A stretch of 44,247 bases of DNA, counting the filler, from Sphacelaria rigidula (lineage: Eukaryota), in NCBI GenBank assembly GCA_964200075.2. It is 2 parts of 2 records of this genome, joined end to end, with 100 filler letters (N's around TTAATTAATTAA, not from the genome) between each part and the next. Parts side by side here need not be neighbours in the genome. Positions count along the whole stretch, not along the records: positions 1 to 22,076 come from CAXNAA020000357.1; positions 22,177 to 44,247 come from CAXNAA020000358.1. One strand, 5' to 3'. Below, one piece after another: positions 10,935 to 22,251 of the stretch. The notes beneath the pieces were generated by a model that worked only from the letters and a program-made list of their open reading frames with translations, was not told where the DNA came from and did not search any database. How positions within the stretch are numbered: position 1 is the stretch's first letter; the number at the start of each line of letters is the position of its first letter. Both the position numbers and the translations under genes were made by a program.

Positions 10935-11489
10935 AAAGCTTTGCTCAAGGCAGTGTGGGGAGGTGAGACCACTAAACCTTCTCTGTCAACTTGGCGCAGT
11001 GCGCGCACCGCTTTACTCTCATGAGCTTCGGCCTAGGTGGCAGTGGGGCACTAACGGCAAGCGTTTAGTGTCCATAAGATGATGGGCTGTTGTGTAGGGT
11101 TCCAAAGAGTCAAAACCAAAACGTTTGGAACATGTGCATGTGCACGCTGCAGCGGTTTCAATCAGCACTATTATGACATTGGCTTTTTTTATCACGTCAA
11201 AAAACAAATATGGAAGATTTGTGCTCCCGCTTCGTAGACCGGAGACCGGAGACCAAAAAAAGATTGATTTTCATTCGAACCCTTTTGTCGTTTCCCAGCG
11301 CGTAGCAAATCACGTGTTCGGGCGTCAGTCGGTCGGTGAAACAAACGTCGGTTATTATTGATCCGGCTGTGTGGTTGTCCAGCCGCTGCATATGGTGAAC
11401 GATACCCATGTCGGACTGCTCACGAGGTAGCTTATCTGCGGGCCGTAGCTCACTTGTAGTCAAACGTGTACATGCGATCTACGTCCGAT

Positions 11490-11815
11490 AGCTCATCCAG
11501 AGCAAACATGCGTAGCTCATGCAGCAGCTTTCATGGCTCATCCGGGGCAAACATGCGTAGCTCATGCAGCTTTCATGGCTCACCCGGGACGAATATGAGC
11601 TGATGAGCTACGAGTTGGTAGCTCGCTCACCTAGGGCAAACGTGTGTAGCTCATACAGCTCCCATGGCTCATCCAGGACGAATATGAGCTGATGAGCTAC
11701 GGGTTGGTAGCTCACGTAGGGCAAACATGTGTAGCTCATACAGATCTCGTAGCTCACCCAGGACGAAAATGCGTAGCTCATGTAGCTCTCATAGCTCACT
11801 AGGGAGCTACGCCAA
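11490..11815. repeat. AGCT-rich minisatellite of ~42-bp units with a higher-order ~85-bp period
   Basis: GCTCA(T/C)CCAGG(G)CAAACATGCGTAGCTCATGCAGCT units alternate with GGACGAATATGAGCTGATGAGCTACG(A/G)GTTGGTA units. Confidence 0.85.
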
Positions 11816-11956
11816 AAAAGAGCTAGCTCGAGTTGTAGGGAGCTGATCTGTCCGACGTGTGAAATAACACAAAAAAAACACCCTATCATAGGGGTCGAAT
11901 GCCTTTGTTGGTGTTTCACCACGTTTCCCCGAGGTAACGGAGCAGTGAGCCTAGAG

Positions 11957-12166
11957 GGCGGGGAGGAGGGGAGGGGGGGGCGTATTCATGTGTTGTTTCC
12001 CCTAGCCATTCGACCATTGACCATGCATTCTTTTCAAGACAGAGCGCCTAGGGTGTACTCAAGATCTTGCATGCCGTAGTCATAAGATCACTGACCTCGC
12101 ACCCCTACGAAACCGCCCCGAAGCACGCCGGGTGTTCGCCCGACTAGGCTCGCAATCAATCACCAG
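11957..12166 (-). mobile_element. Nested family B (12054-12166) and family A (11957-12043) 3' ends
   Basis: Reverse complements of the two tail families. GCGCCTAGGG is duplicated at 12044-12053 and 12167-12176, with a degenerate third copy near 11948. Confidence 0.8.
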
Positions 12167-12361
12167 GCGCCTAGGGAGGTGGTGAGATGATGGGGTTTGC
12201 TTTTCTTTGGAATGTTACGATGTGGAATCGCTGCATGTGCGGTAGGAAGGTGTGGATTCAGTTCCAACTCTAAAATAGGGCATCAGTTAATTTGGAGTTT
12301 CGAAGTCATGGACTTACATGCCACCGTGCGTGCGTCACGCTCGTATTCACACGACGAAGGG

Positions 12362-12437
12362 CCGCGACCGGTTTCCTGAAGATCAATGGTCATACAACTA
12401 TGGCATGCAATACAATGGGTGCACCCTCCCCCCCCCC
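12362..12437 (+). mobile_element. Degenerate family B 3' end with C tail
   Basis: GATCAATGGTCATACAACTATGGCATGCAATACAATGGGTGCACCCTCCCCCCCCC. Confidence 0.65.
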
Positions 12438-12669
12438 ATGGGCCTCTTCGCACGTTTTGTGACGAGCAGAGGTTGGCAGGGGGCACACCCTAGTTGCTGC
12501 CCAGCAGTGATGGGATATTTTTGCACCTGTTTTTTACGTGTCTCTTGCGTGATTGGGTCGCCAGGTCAACAGTCTCGTTAGGAGAGTTGTCGGTCAGTTT
12601 GTGTGGTACTCTGCTCACCACTTACTGCTCACCCACCAGCTTTAGCTTTCTTGTCTGTCACTCGCCCAT

Positions 12670-12961
12670 TTGAGGGGGAAACGCGGGACGTTAACGAAGG
12701 TGGCACGGCATCGTTTGATGCATTACACAGTAGGGAAAACACGATGGCCATACTAGGAGATAGGTGGAAGCAACAGACGCGAAACAGGACGGGGATGAGA
12801 TATGTAAAAGGTTTCTACGCAACGTATGAAAGAAACGTGATGGGTATCGAAATGCTGGAGGTGTCTCTATTAGGAGTAGGAACGGTGCTCCGTCTCGCAG
12901 GGGATGCGTGGTCAATGGCCAAACGACTCAGGCAAGCAACAAATGAGTACGCCTCCTACCC
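12670..12961 (+). mobile_element. 5'-truncated LINE family A copy (~290 bp)
   Basis: Encodes FDALHSRENTMAILGDRW, homologous to the LINE ORF2 C-terminus at ~42950-43030, followed by the family A tail. Confidence 0.85.
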
Positions 12962-13974
12962 ATTCGACGACCCTTTGTGTTTCCCGCTTATGTTTGAGAG
13001 TCTATTTTGTTATTTATATTTTGTCTCGTTGGGTGGAGGCCGGGGCTCGAGCCTCTGTATCTCTGCCACTCACAAAGCAAACCGAGTCGTGTCATGACCT
13101 CGCCGATGTGAAATGGTGACGACACCTCGACCGACACTTGCAGAATTTGCTTTTCAACCTTCCATGTGAGGGTGGATCCCACGGTTAAGGGTGCGAACCG
13201 GGGGGGTGTTAGCCTCCGAGTTTTGTCAGGCCGCTCGACGGAATTTTATCGACCATAGACAACTCATCCTCGTTTCCTGTCTTTCACGTGGATACACTTG
13301 ATTAAACGCAACCATCATGAGAACGAGCAAATCGTGCGTTTAAGCGACGTCCTCCCTGTTCAGGCGCCACATACACGTCCACACCCCTGACACGCATTGC
13401 AAGATGAGCTCCTTTCTTCTCAACTCTTCCAGCGTTCGCTCAAACTCTGCAAAAAAAAAACTTTTTGCCGCCTCATGTGCCGAGCGTGGGACGTCCCTGG
13501 AAAGCGAAGTCATCAGAACATGTATTGTGATTTCAAGCTCACAACACAAAAAACAGCGTTCAAATCGCACTCGTGATCGACGAGATCGTCTCTGATTTAG
13601 CCGGCCTATCGAGGGACTCTCCCCGGCAAACCACGGTCCCCGACAAGAGCAAATGACAAAAAATACACGCAGACGGGACGGTGGAGGCGAGAAGGTAGGA
13701 GAGGTCTGAGCCGGAGTAACTTTTCTTCGGTTCCGTAAAATGCCCGTGTGTGATGCACTCCGACAAGTTAGTAACAGAGAAGCGTTGCTGTTTGTATACC
13801 CAGCCGCTCTGGGGACCCATGTAAGAGAGCGTGGTGTGTACTGGAACAGACAACATCATGGTGATTGTCGTGTGCTCTTCTCTTTCTTGGTTATGCAGAG
13901 TCCACCTTCACCGCCACATGTCGCCTGCCGGTTGTACATCACCTCTGCGCTGCTACTTGTATGAGGCGTCAGTG

Positions 13975-14624
13975 TTGTGTTCACATATACTGAATTGGCA
14001 TGATTTGACTCGAAATATGAAAGGGACCCAGATTGCCGACCATGGACGCCCAAGGGTTCACGTGCATAGCTGGGAGCAGGACGAGTTCACACTCTCCAAA
14101 GGTTTCTTGCAATCTGGTCCATGATGATACCCATATATAATGTGAGCAGTGAGAAGGAACGCACGGAGGGAGAGAGAGAAGACAAGGCTCTGCTGAATTG
14201 GACTGGACTGCATTATACTGCATTGCCCTGTATTTCCCTGCATTGTACTGTTGTGCCTTGTTCGGCTTTGCCCATCTATATATAACCACCTTCATGACGA
14301 GTCATCTGTTGTGCGTTGGCATAATTTTGACTCGAAAGATGAGTGCAAGGCCCAGATTGTGGAGGTCGAAGGATTCAATTCCAGAGCTGGGGGCAGGACA
14401 AGTTTCCGCTCTCATAAGGTTTTTTGTAATCTTGTCCACATGGTGATGACCATAGATAATGGGACTAATAGGGAGGAACGCAGGGGGGGGGGGGGGGGGG
14501 GGAGAAAAGCAAACTTCTGCAAAAAGGTATTGTTTTATATCGTTATGAATCGCCCTTTTTCGTTTTGGGTGTTTTTTGGTTTNNNNNNNNNNTTTGGTTG
14601 AGGTGAGTAAAGAAGGAGGGGGGG

Positions 14625-14663
<39 letters not shown>

Positions 14664-15080
14664 CGGAGAGAAGACAACACTCTCCTAAACTGTACTGTTC
14701 TACATCGTGCTGAATCGTCCTGTGCTGTATTGAGCCTTGTTCGGCTTTGCCCATCTAAATACACCCACCTTCAGGGAGAGTAATCTGTTGTGCGTTGGCA
14801 TAATTTTGACTTGAAACATGAATGCAAGACCCAGGTGATCCGCCTTAGAGGCGCATGGGTTCAACGCTTTTTGAAGATTTCGTGTAATCTGATCACTTAT
14901 GGTGCCATCGAAGAAGGGAAAGGAGGCAGCAGGGGGAGAGATGAGACCATATTGCACTGTACTATCTGTACCACATAGCTTTTGTACTGCACCGTACTTC
15001 TGTTCTACTCTCTGTTCTAATTTGGCTTTGTCTATAGCCACCCCTAGGGTCGTCATCTACATCGGAATAATCCTCACTTG
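13975..15080. repeat. Diverged tandem repeat of about three ~330-bp units, interrupted by G-runs and an N gap
   Basis: GGCATAATTTTGACT(C/T)GAAA or a close variant recurs at ~13996, 14318 and 14797. GCCTTGTTCGGCTTTGCCCATCTA recurs at ~14255 and 14734, with a degenerate copy near 15020. Confidence 0.75.
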
Positions 15081-15534
15081 AAAAATGAATCATCAGTACG
15101 CCCATGATAAATGCAGCTGCGGCAGAGTGTGTGATCTGCGCAGAAGGCCTTCCGGGTTATCTTGGAACCGACCGGACGGATCCTTTGTTTCTGGCTGGCT
15201 AGCTTGATTTGTCCATCATGAAGAGCCAGGACACTTCGGGGGGAAGATTTCCTATATGTTTTGTGAGCGATTCGCATCCCTAACGGTAGCACATTCTGTC
15301 GTAGATGGTGAGGAATGGGACCCTCCTCACTCGTTGCTTCTGGCCCCTTACAATCACAAACACAATTATTACCTCCCCAATGACATTATAGACGGCAGGT
15401 AACATTCGGAAGTAATCCTCATTTTCCATTTCATGCGGCAGCGGCACGTCGATTATATGGATTATGTGGATTATGTGGATTATGTAACTCTCAATTTATT
15501 TGATTTCTCCATGTTGTTCCCCCCCAACCCACAC

Positions 15535-15607
15535 TCCGTCTCGAAAGGGATGCGTGGTCAATGGTCAAACGACTAAGGCAAGCAACAAATGAGTACGCCC
15601 CCCCCCT
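15535..15607 (+). mobile_element. Short family A element with 12-bp TSD inserted at the PhLP1 exon 3 acceptor
   Basis: CCCAACCCACAC at 15523-15534 and 15608-15619. The second copy runs into the acceptor ACAG at 15620-15623. Confidence 0.9.
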
Positions 15608-15623
15608 CCCAACCCACACACAG

Positions 15624-15988
15624 AGGCTCTACTCGCGAAGGAATACCGGGCGGCCATGCTAAAACGCATGACAGAGGGACACACCTTGCAAGCCGAAGCC
15701 GGTACAACTGCCGTCTCTTCCAGGAACGGTTGTCAGAATGGTTCCGATTCCGACCCCAACGATGACGACAACGACGACGATGACGAGGGGTTCTTGGGAA
15801 AGTACCGACAGCGACGGTTGGAGCAGCTCAAGGCCACGGCGGGAAGGCCACAATTCGGGCAGATCGTCGAGGCAGAGCGAGGGAATTTTGTGAAAGCCGT
15901 GGATACAGAGGACCCTCGCACCCCGGTGGTGGTGCATCTGTACGAACCGTATATTGGGGCTTGTCGCCGAATGAACCGGTGTTTGGAG
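15624..15988 (+). CDS. PDCL: PhLP1 exon 3
   Basis: Acceptor cacag|AG (phase 1 match) and donor GAG|gtgagg. Encodes DDDDEGFLGKYRQRRLEQLK...PQFGQIVE...FVKAVDTEDPRTPVVVHLYEPYIGACRRMNRCLE (phosducin helix plus start of the thioredoxin-like domain). Confidence 0.93.
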
Positions 15989-16056
15989 GTGAGGGTGTGT
16001 GCAGGCCATTTTGTCTATTTGATGTTTCATTGATAGTCACACTTTCAACCCCCTTT

Positions 16057-16525
16057 CCCTCTCGAAAGGGATGCGTGGTCAATATCCAAACGTCTAAGGC
16101 AAGCAACATATGAGTACGCCCCTCCCCCCCCTTCAACGGTGGGAGAAACTCACGTCCGCGCAAAGGAGATGATCACACGACGTAGGGGTTGAAATGGTGA
16201 GACACTGTTGAGGCAGTGTGTAACCCGCGGTTGCCTCTGGAAGTGGCGATACCAAAAAATGAAGCAGTTCATTGGAGGCTGTCATCCGCATGCAAGACAA
16301 TCAGTACGCTTCGGGCTGAACAATCTTTGCAGGATGCAGCTCACCCTTCACGCCACTCGCCGAATACATCACGGCGCTTCGAGCTTGATGATTTGATTGC
16401 GAGCCTGGTCCGGTGAAATCCCTGCATGCTCCGTCCCAGCTTTGTAGGGATGCGAAGTCAACGGTCATATTACTACGGCATGCACGATAATGCGTACCCC
16501 CCCCCCGCCCCCCCGCCCCCCCGCC
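16057..16525 (+). mobile_element. Family A tail (16057-16131) followed by a ~385-bp family B element (16140-16525)
   Basis: The B part aligns over its length with the reverse complement of 39250-39620. Both elements end in C-runs. Confidence 0.85.
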
Positions 16526-16994
16526 CTTCCTCTTCGCGAGTCCGTGATGTCAAGGGATCAACCTATCTCTCCCCGTTACACGCCTTGAATTTTGATTTTT
16601 CAGGTTGGATCAGCACTCCAGCCCCGCGTCGACCCCTCGTCGAACAAGCTCAGTCAAATCTCTCTGCTACTCCCGCCCTCACGCTCTCAACAACGAGAAT
16701 CAAATACCTTGAAGAAAACCCCCGAACGCATCTGGCAGATATCGAATCCGCGTTCTTTGTACCCTAAAGAGTGTCAGCTGTACCGTTTACGTTTAAATCA
16801 CTGGGGCGCGGCGGAATACACACATATATATATATATATATATGTATATACAAGAATTTCGGCGGCTTCGCCGCCACGATCAGTGGATTGACAGCAAGGA
16901 GACATGAGCACCGGTAATAGCTGTGTGCGTTGCGTAATGGCAAAGGTCATAGTTCGCAGAAGAAGCCGTAGCTGATAGCCAGCTGAGTACGTGT

Positions 16995-17880
16995 CCGCAA
17001 AAACAAGAACAAACAGGTCCCGCCGTAGCTGTTCATCACCTGATCTGTGCATGACCTTGCATATATCTGTTCAAAATTTGATCGGAAACGATGTTTTGTG
17101 TGAGACGCGCGCGAACCGATAATAATTGGGTGCGTTGCATAGCGGGACAGGTCATATTCCGAAGAAAACGACGTAGCTGCTCACCAGCTGAGCACCTTGT
17201 TCATCCCTTCGACCACGAGTGTAGGTAATCTGATCATGCGGTGATTTTTCAAGTAAAACTGATGCTGATTCCACAGATGACCCATGCTCACGGTCAAAGA
17301 GTTTAGGCCTCGCACAAATCTGAAGGGCTGATGACCAAATGGTCGGAAACAACGGCTGGTAATATGAACGAGGTGCTGAAAAAGATTGCCATGTGCAGGA
17401 GAGTACTAGCAGCAGCTGCAGCAGCAGCAGTACAGACAGTAAAAAAGGAAGCACAGTCGGAACGATGCGACCTGTGTGTACAAGCTCACAACACGCTCGC
17501 GGTGAGCCAGTCTTGCCGCGAGAATTCAGCGGAGAAAGATGGGCTCGCTACCGCTCATACCGTTACACTTTAACTCAACATAATGTCTACTCAATGCTTT
17601 AGTGGAAATGATGCCGGTTCCGCAAATGACCATTCATCACAGGTGAGCCTGGGAAAGGCACTGCCACCGCAAGAACAAAAAACACACAGCTCGAGCCGCA
17701 GCTGCTCATCTCCTGAGCCGTGCGTGACCTCGCATTAATCTGATCAGAATACAATGAGAAACAATGATTTGTGTGAGACGCGCGCGAACTGGTGGTGATT
17801 GCGTGCGTTGCGTAGTAGGACAGGTCATACTTCGAAGAAAACGCCGTAGCCGCTTATGAGCTGAGCACGTTGTTTATCGT
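16995..17880. repeat. Diverged ~215-bp direct repeat (16995-17210 and 17667-17880)
   Basis: Shared TTTGTGTGAGACGCGCGCGAAC...GTGCGTTGC...GGACAGGTCATA..CGAAGAAAACG.CGTAGC...AGCTGAGCAC. Confidence 0.8.
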
Positions 17881-19735
17881 CCTCGCACAAATATTCTCAG
17901 AGTCAAATGAGAAACGATCCGGAAAATGATGCCTATTCAATTCTTGGAAGGGTCCGAGACTTCGAGAGAGGAAACGCATCAAACGGAACGCATCGCAACG
18001 TCATAACGCCCTGACGCCATACAGAACACAGCACAGGAAGGGTAGAGATATGAAACCCAAGCAAATTACTTCACTTGACAACACGAGTGTTTCCGCGAAA
18101 GCTACAAACGTTTGAAGAAGACCGCTGAAATGCTTTCGATGTGGTATAATGCGTGAGAAGACCGCGTGCTTAGAGGACCGCATCGGAATTTGAACACCCC
18201 TGTGGTTAGGGTCGGCGATTTTGGGCACTATATCAGTCCCTGCGGTATCGTATGCCTAGTGCATCACTCCCTCAACACCCATCCCCGGTTGATCATATTT
18301 CGGGTTCCGAAACTCATCAGGGATCGTGCACACTGTATTCTATGTTGCGCTCGGAAATGGTTCGTCTGACCATTCAACTGGTCAATATTTACGCATAGCG
18401 TAACCATTGACAAGTTAACATGTTACATAATGCACTGGTCATCGAGCGGCGAAGCCGCGAGCGACAAAGTTCCCCCCCGGCAAAGGGGGCCCCGCCTCCG
18501 GGGACCCCGCTGGAGGCGAACTAGAGACTCCCCCAACAACCATCAATGTACAGCTCATGCGTGTGAGGTCATGTTTCTTGTCATTTCTGTGTTCTGCCTG
18601 TGTATTTAGTACATCGTATCTCATTATTTTATTTTATTCAGCATGCCTTGTTTATTTCATTTTCTACATGATTATGTCTGCAGTTTTACAGGATTCGAGG
18701 AATTGGGGGGACGGCTGCTGAAATGGTTACAGAATTGCACAAATCTTGGCATATATTTCGAAATGTATCCACGCGACGAGCCAAAATACCACGCAGACAA
18801 TGTTCGCCATCGGCGCTGAAGCCCTTCTGCTCGGCCTGCTGCATGCTATAGTGTTGTGTGTTGTCATCCCATTTATTCTGGACGCCGGTCTACACCTTTC
18901 GGTATATTTTGGGCGCACCAGCCGGGGTCGCACAGGAGGAAGGCCAACACAGGAGTTTTTGTTTGTTTGTTTGTTTGTTTTTCTCCACCTTACTTCTGCG
19001 GTGCTTGCCTTTCTTTGTTATCGCGAGAGGGGCTCAGCAGTCCCTTTCCCTGGTCGAACATTAAGTCGGATTTCGTAGTGCGGAAGGCAATTGTACTCCA
19101 GACCCGAGCAGATGCAGAACGTATTCTTATGTTCAGCGAAATGCAAGCGAAGAGGCATCAGCGCAAATGTTATTCTAAAATCGAGCAAAGACTCACACAT
19201 CAAAACACGCTCGAGGGGTTCGATGCAGAGCGGTGTCGCGATTCATTTCGTGTCTTCTGATTGTCGAATAAGTATGATGCCGGTTTTACATATTTCAAGT
19301 GAAATCGGTGCCGATTCCACCGATGAGCGGTCGAGAAGGATGACGATACCCCTGACGGTCGAAGAGAGAGCACTGAGGCGTAGAGACAGGAAACGCATAG
19401 CAACGCAAGCCCTAACGCCATGGAGAACACAGCCCTAAGGCCATGCAGGACACAGTGCAGAAAGCAAATGTAGTCTACACGCAAGCAGAAACAGAACGCA
19501 CCCTGGAGTCCAGCGAAATGCAAGCGAAGAGGTATCAGCGAGAGCGTGTACTTTAAAATCAAGTAAAGACGAAAAAGTGGCTTGTCAGAGCTTCAGAGGA
19601 CGAAATGATCCCAAAAGATTAGTACTCTGAAATCAAGTGAAACATTGCAGCAAAATGATACCTGTGTTCAGGGAACGAATCTCAGAACAAATGTAATTGA
19701 TACAATCTCTAAAATATGTATGTATATATATTGGG

Positions 19736-19836
19736 AGTGTACTCATGGTCTTGCATGCCATGAGTCATGAGACCAATGACCTCGCATCCCTACAAAACCG
19801 GGACGGAGCACGCCGGGGTTCAGCCGGACCAAGCTC
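19736..19836 (-). mobile_element. Family B 3' fragment with 14-bp TSD
   Basis: GTATATATATTGGG at 19722-19735 and 19837-19850, which reads CCCAATATATATAC in element orientation. Confidence 0.88.
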
Positions 19837-20386
19837 GTATATATATTGGGGAGGCATATCGGGGAGGCTCGTATATATATATATATATATTGGGGGAGAG
19901 AGCGGGGAGAAGCAAATGAAGGGACGAATGATATTATCCTCAATCTGTGGGTACTGCTGCGACAGGAATGCTGGGAGGATAAATTGTGATGTATATATAT
20001 TTTCGTCAACATCTCAAAGTCCATGTGTGTCAACCAAAGGGCCTTTCTTGCCAACCAAGCCGTACCTGACGAATCTTCATCAACTTCTTTTAGCGCTGAG
20101 GCTGGACGATGACGTGGGCCCTGTTTCTGTCATTACTATTTCCATCACTCTTGTACCGAGTTGTACCCCCCCTCGCTCTTTCACCACATGATTGGGGGGC
20201 TAGTGGGGACTTGAGCGAAATAATAAATAGGATACATATGGCATCAAAAGGAACATATGCACATGCATACACTGTTGGAATATTGAAATGTGTACTCTAG
20301 TAACAACAAGAAAAACGATGCTTACGAGATAACACTTTCGAAAAAGTGAAGAAAAACCCACAGAGTCTGTACGAGATGGACGTTAA

Positions 20387-20478
20387 CCCGCTGTGAGCGT
20401 CAGGGTAGATCAATGAGCATCATTCTCTCTTGAAAGCAGGACGGTAAGACCCAGATGACCCACCCTGACGGTCAGGGG
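20387..20478. mobile_element. 92-bp piggyBac-type MITE
   Basis: TTAA at 20383-20386 and 20479-20482. Ends are CCC...GGG with imperfect TIRs (CGTCAGGGT / ACCCTGACG). Confidence 0.7.
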
Positions 20479-20706
20479 TTAATGCTACAAAGTGGCGTCG
20501 TTTTTTTTTCTTTTCTTGGGCGGGGGGAGGGGGGCTTGAATACACGGGGATGACCAAGCGTACACTTCTGAAAAATCGTCGTGGCTCTTTGCGTTTTGTT
20601 GTAAGTCTTTAAAACAATCCCTCGGGAGCGTATTTCACATGACCAACATTCTGGCGGTACTTTCTCCGTTTTTCTAATTTCTTGATCATTTTGCATCTCC
20701 ACCCAG

Positions 20707-20919
20707 GTCTTAGCGGGAAGGCAACCAACGGTGAAGTTTTTGCGGCTGAGGAGCACAGCAGCGGAGGGTGGAGACTTCGATCCCGTGGCTCTGCCGACGC
20801 TGCTGCTGTATAGGGCTGGGGAAGTGGTGGCTTGCTTGACCAGGGTGACCGACGATCTAGGCGAGAGCTTCACGCAGGAAGACGTGGAGTGGCTGCTGCA
20901 AGAGCATGACGTATTCGAG
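20707..20919 (+). CDS. PDCL: PhLP1 exon 4 (thioredoxin-like domain C-terminal half); terminal exon and stop unresolved
   Basis: Acceptor cccag|GTC (phase 0 match). Encodes VLAGRQPTVKFLRLRSTAAEGGDFDPVALPTLLLYRAGEVVACLTRVTDDLGESFTQEDVEWLLQEHDVFE. Probable donor GAG|gtacca. Confidence 0.9.
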
Positions 20920-22076
20920 GTACCATCCCAGACTCTTGTGTGGCTGTGGTTCCCACGTGTCTCGAACTTGTGTTGTTTTTTGCGGCAGTTGTTGCTGCAA
21001 GTGCATCTTCATGCATGTATACATGTGCTCTGTAGTGTGCACGGGCAAAACAAGTGACGACGGTATTGATTATGATGATGATGATGATGATGACGATGGT
21101 AATAAAAAATAATAATAGTATACTGTAACCTAGATTTTCAGTACGTGCCCTATGTCTCTCCTGCTGCTTTTGTAGAGTTTAGTCCTGGTATATGCTGCTT
21201 TCGTACCAGTTTTTCGCGGAGATCTCGTGTTTTCCACCGAAGGTGTTTCGCGTGACTGCAGGGATGCCATTTGATACACGCGACCCTGTGCCCACCAGCT
21301 AGTGATGAGAAACAAACCCACAACCCGAATTGGTTCCGAGGAACGTAGAACATGGAAGGAGCAGCGATCACTCCGCGACTTTGTCAATATGGATGAAAAT
21401 CCTGTGGAAGTTACAAATATGACGCTGGCTGGGGTATCTAGTTTTTGCCCTGGCCATCAGTAAACGCTCAACGCGTATTATTCTCGGTCCGGTTACCTGA
21501 GAACTCTCTTTCCCTCGCAATTTTTTTTTTCTCTCTCTCCGCTGTCTCATCTGAAGAATATCAAGCCCGCTATCAAGACGAGTTGAAGAACACGACTCGC
21601 CCCCAACGTCCCTTCCCGAGATATTGTATATTTATATGGGTAATGACCGCGGCCCCCTCCCTTCCCCCCTCCCCCAAACAAGAAAACACCCTTCCCCTGT
21701 TGAACCCATTTGGCCGCGAACCTCTGGGGAAGTTTACTGGAGGAATATCCTTACATCAAATTCAAGTCCCCCTGCATTAGCACACATGTAAAGTCACTGG
21801 AAAAATAAACCCTGTATACAATGGTACATCTTGAGGATGAAGAGGGGTTGCTTGAATTCGCGTCGACAAATGGAGGAGCACCTTGAAGAATAACAATACC
21901 CGTTGAGGACCGATGTTTGCAGAGGAGCAAGGAATTCTTGGCCCAGTCCTTGTCCCAGCCATAAACACGGTGTTTTTCGCCCCCCCCCCCCCCGCCCAAT
22001 TCCATCCTCCCCCTCACCTCTAGACTCTTGGGTTGGCGTCGAGTGGCAACGGCGCTGTAAAACAAGCCACCAAAAC

Positions 22077-22176
22077 NNNNNNNNNNNNNNNNNNNNNNNN
22101 NNNNNNNNNNNNNNNNNNNNTTAATTAATTAANNNNNNNNNNNNNNNNNNNNNNNNNNNNNNNNNNNNNNNNNNNN
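22077..22176. other. Assembly linker (N44-TTAATTAATTAA-N44)
   Basis: Exactly 100 bp and symmetric, with a six-frame stop cassette in the middle. Confidence 0.95.
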
Positions 22177-22251
22177 CTCTGTCCCGGCATTGTAGGGATG
22201 CGAGGTCAATGGTCTTATGACTATGGCATGCATGATCATGAGTACACCCCC
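22177..22251 (+). mobile_element. Family B 3' end
   Basis: TGTAGGGATGCGAGGTCAATGGTCTTATGACTATGGCATGCATGATCATGAGTACACCCCC. Confidence 0.85.

Noticed and set aside
11595-11715. CTGATGA followed by a hairpin, resembling a hammerhead ribozyme core (two copies)
   Set aside because: The stem is followed by TCGC or TCAC instead of the required GAAA, and no stems I/III are evident. The palindromic AGCT repeat explains it.
11490-11815. CRISPR-like repeat array
   Set aside because: No unique spacers, no cas genes, and a eukaryotic intronic context.
21036-21112. Asp-rich DDDDDDDD frame as the PhLP1 acidic C-terminal exon
   Set aside because: The phase-0 donor at 20919 joined to the tag acceptor at 21035 reads a different frame. 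More simply a (GAT)n microsatellite.
22121-22132. TTAATTAATTAA palindrome
   Set aside because: Artificial six-frame stop linker inside N padding.
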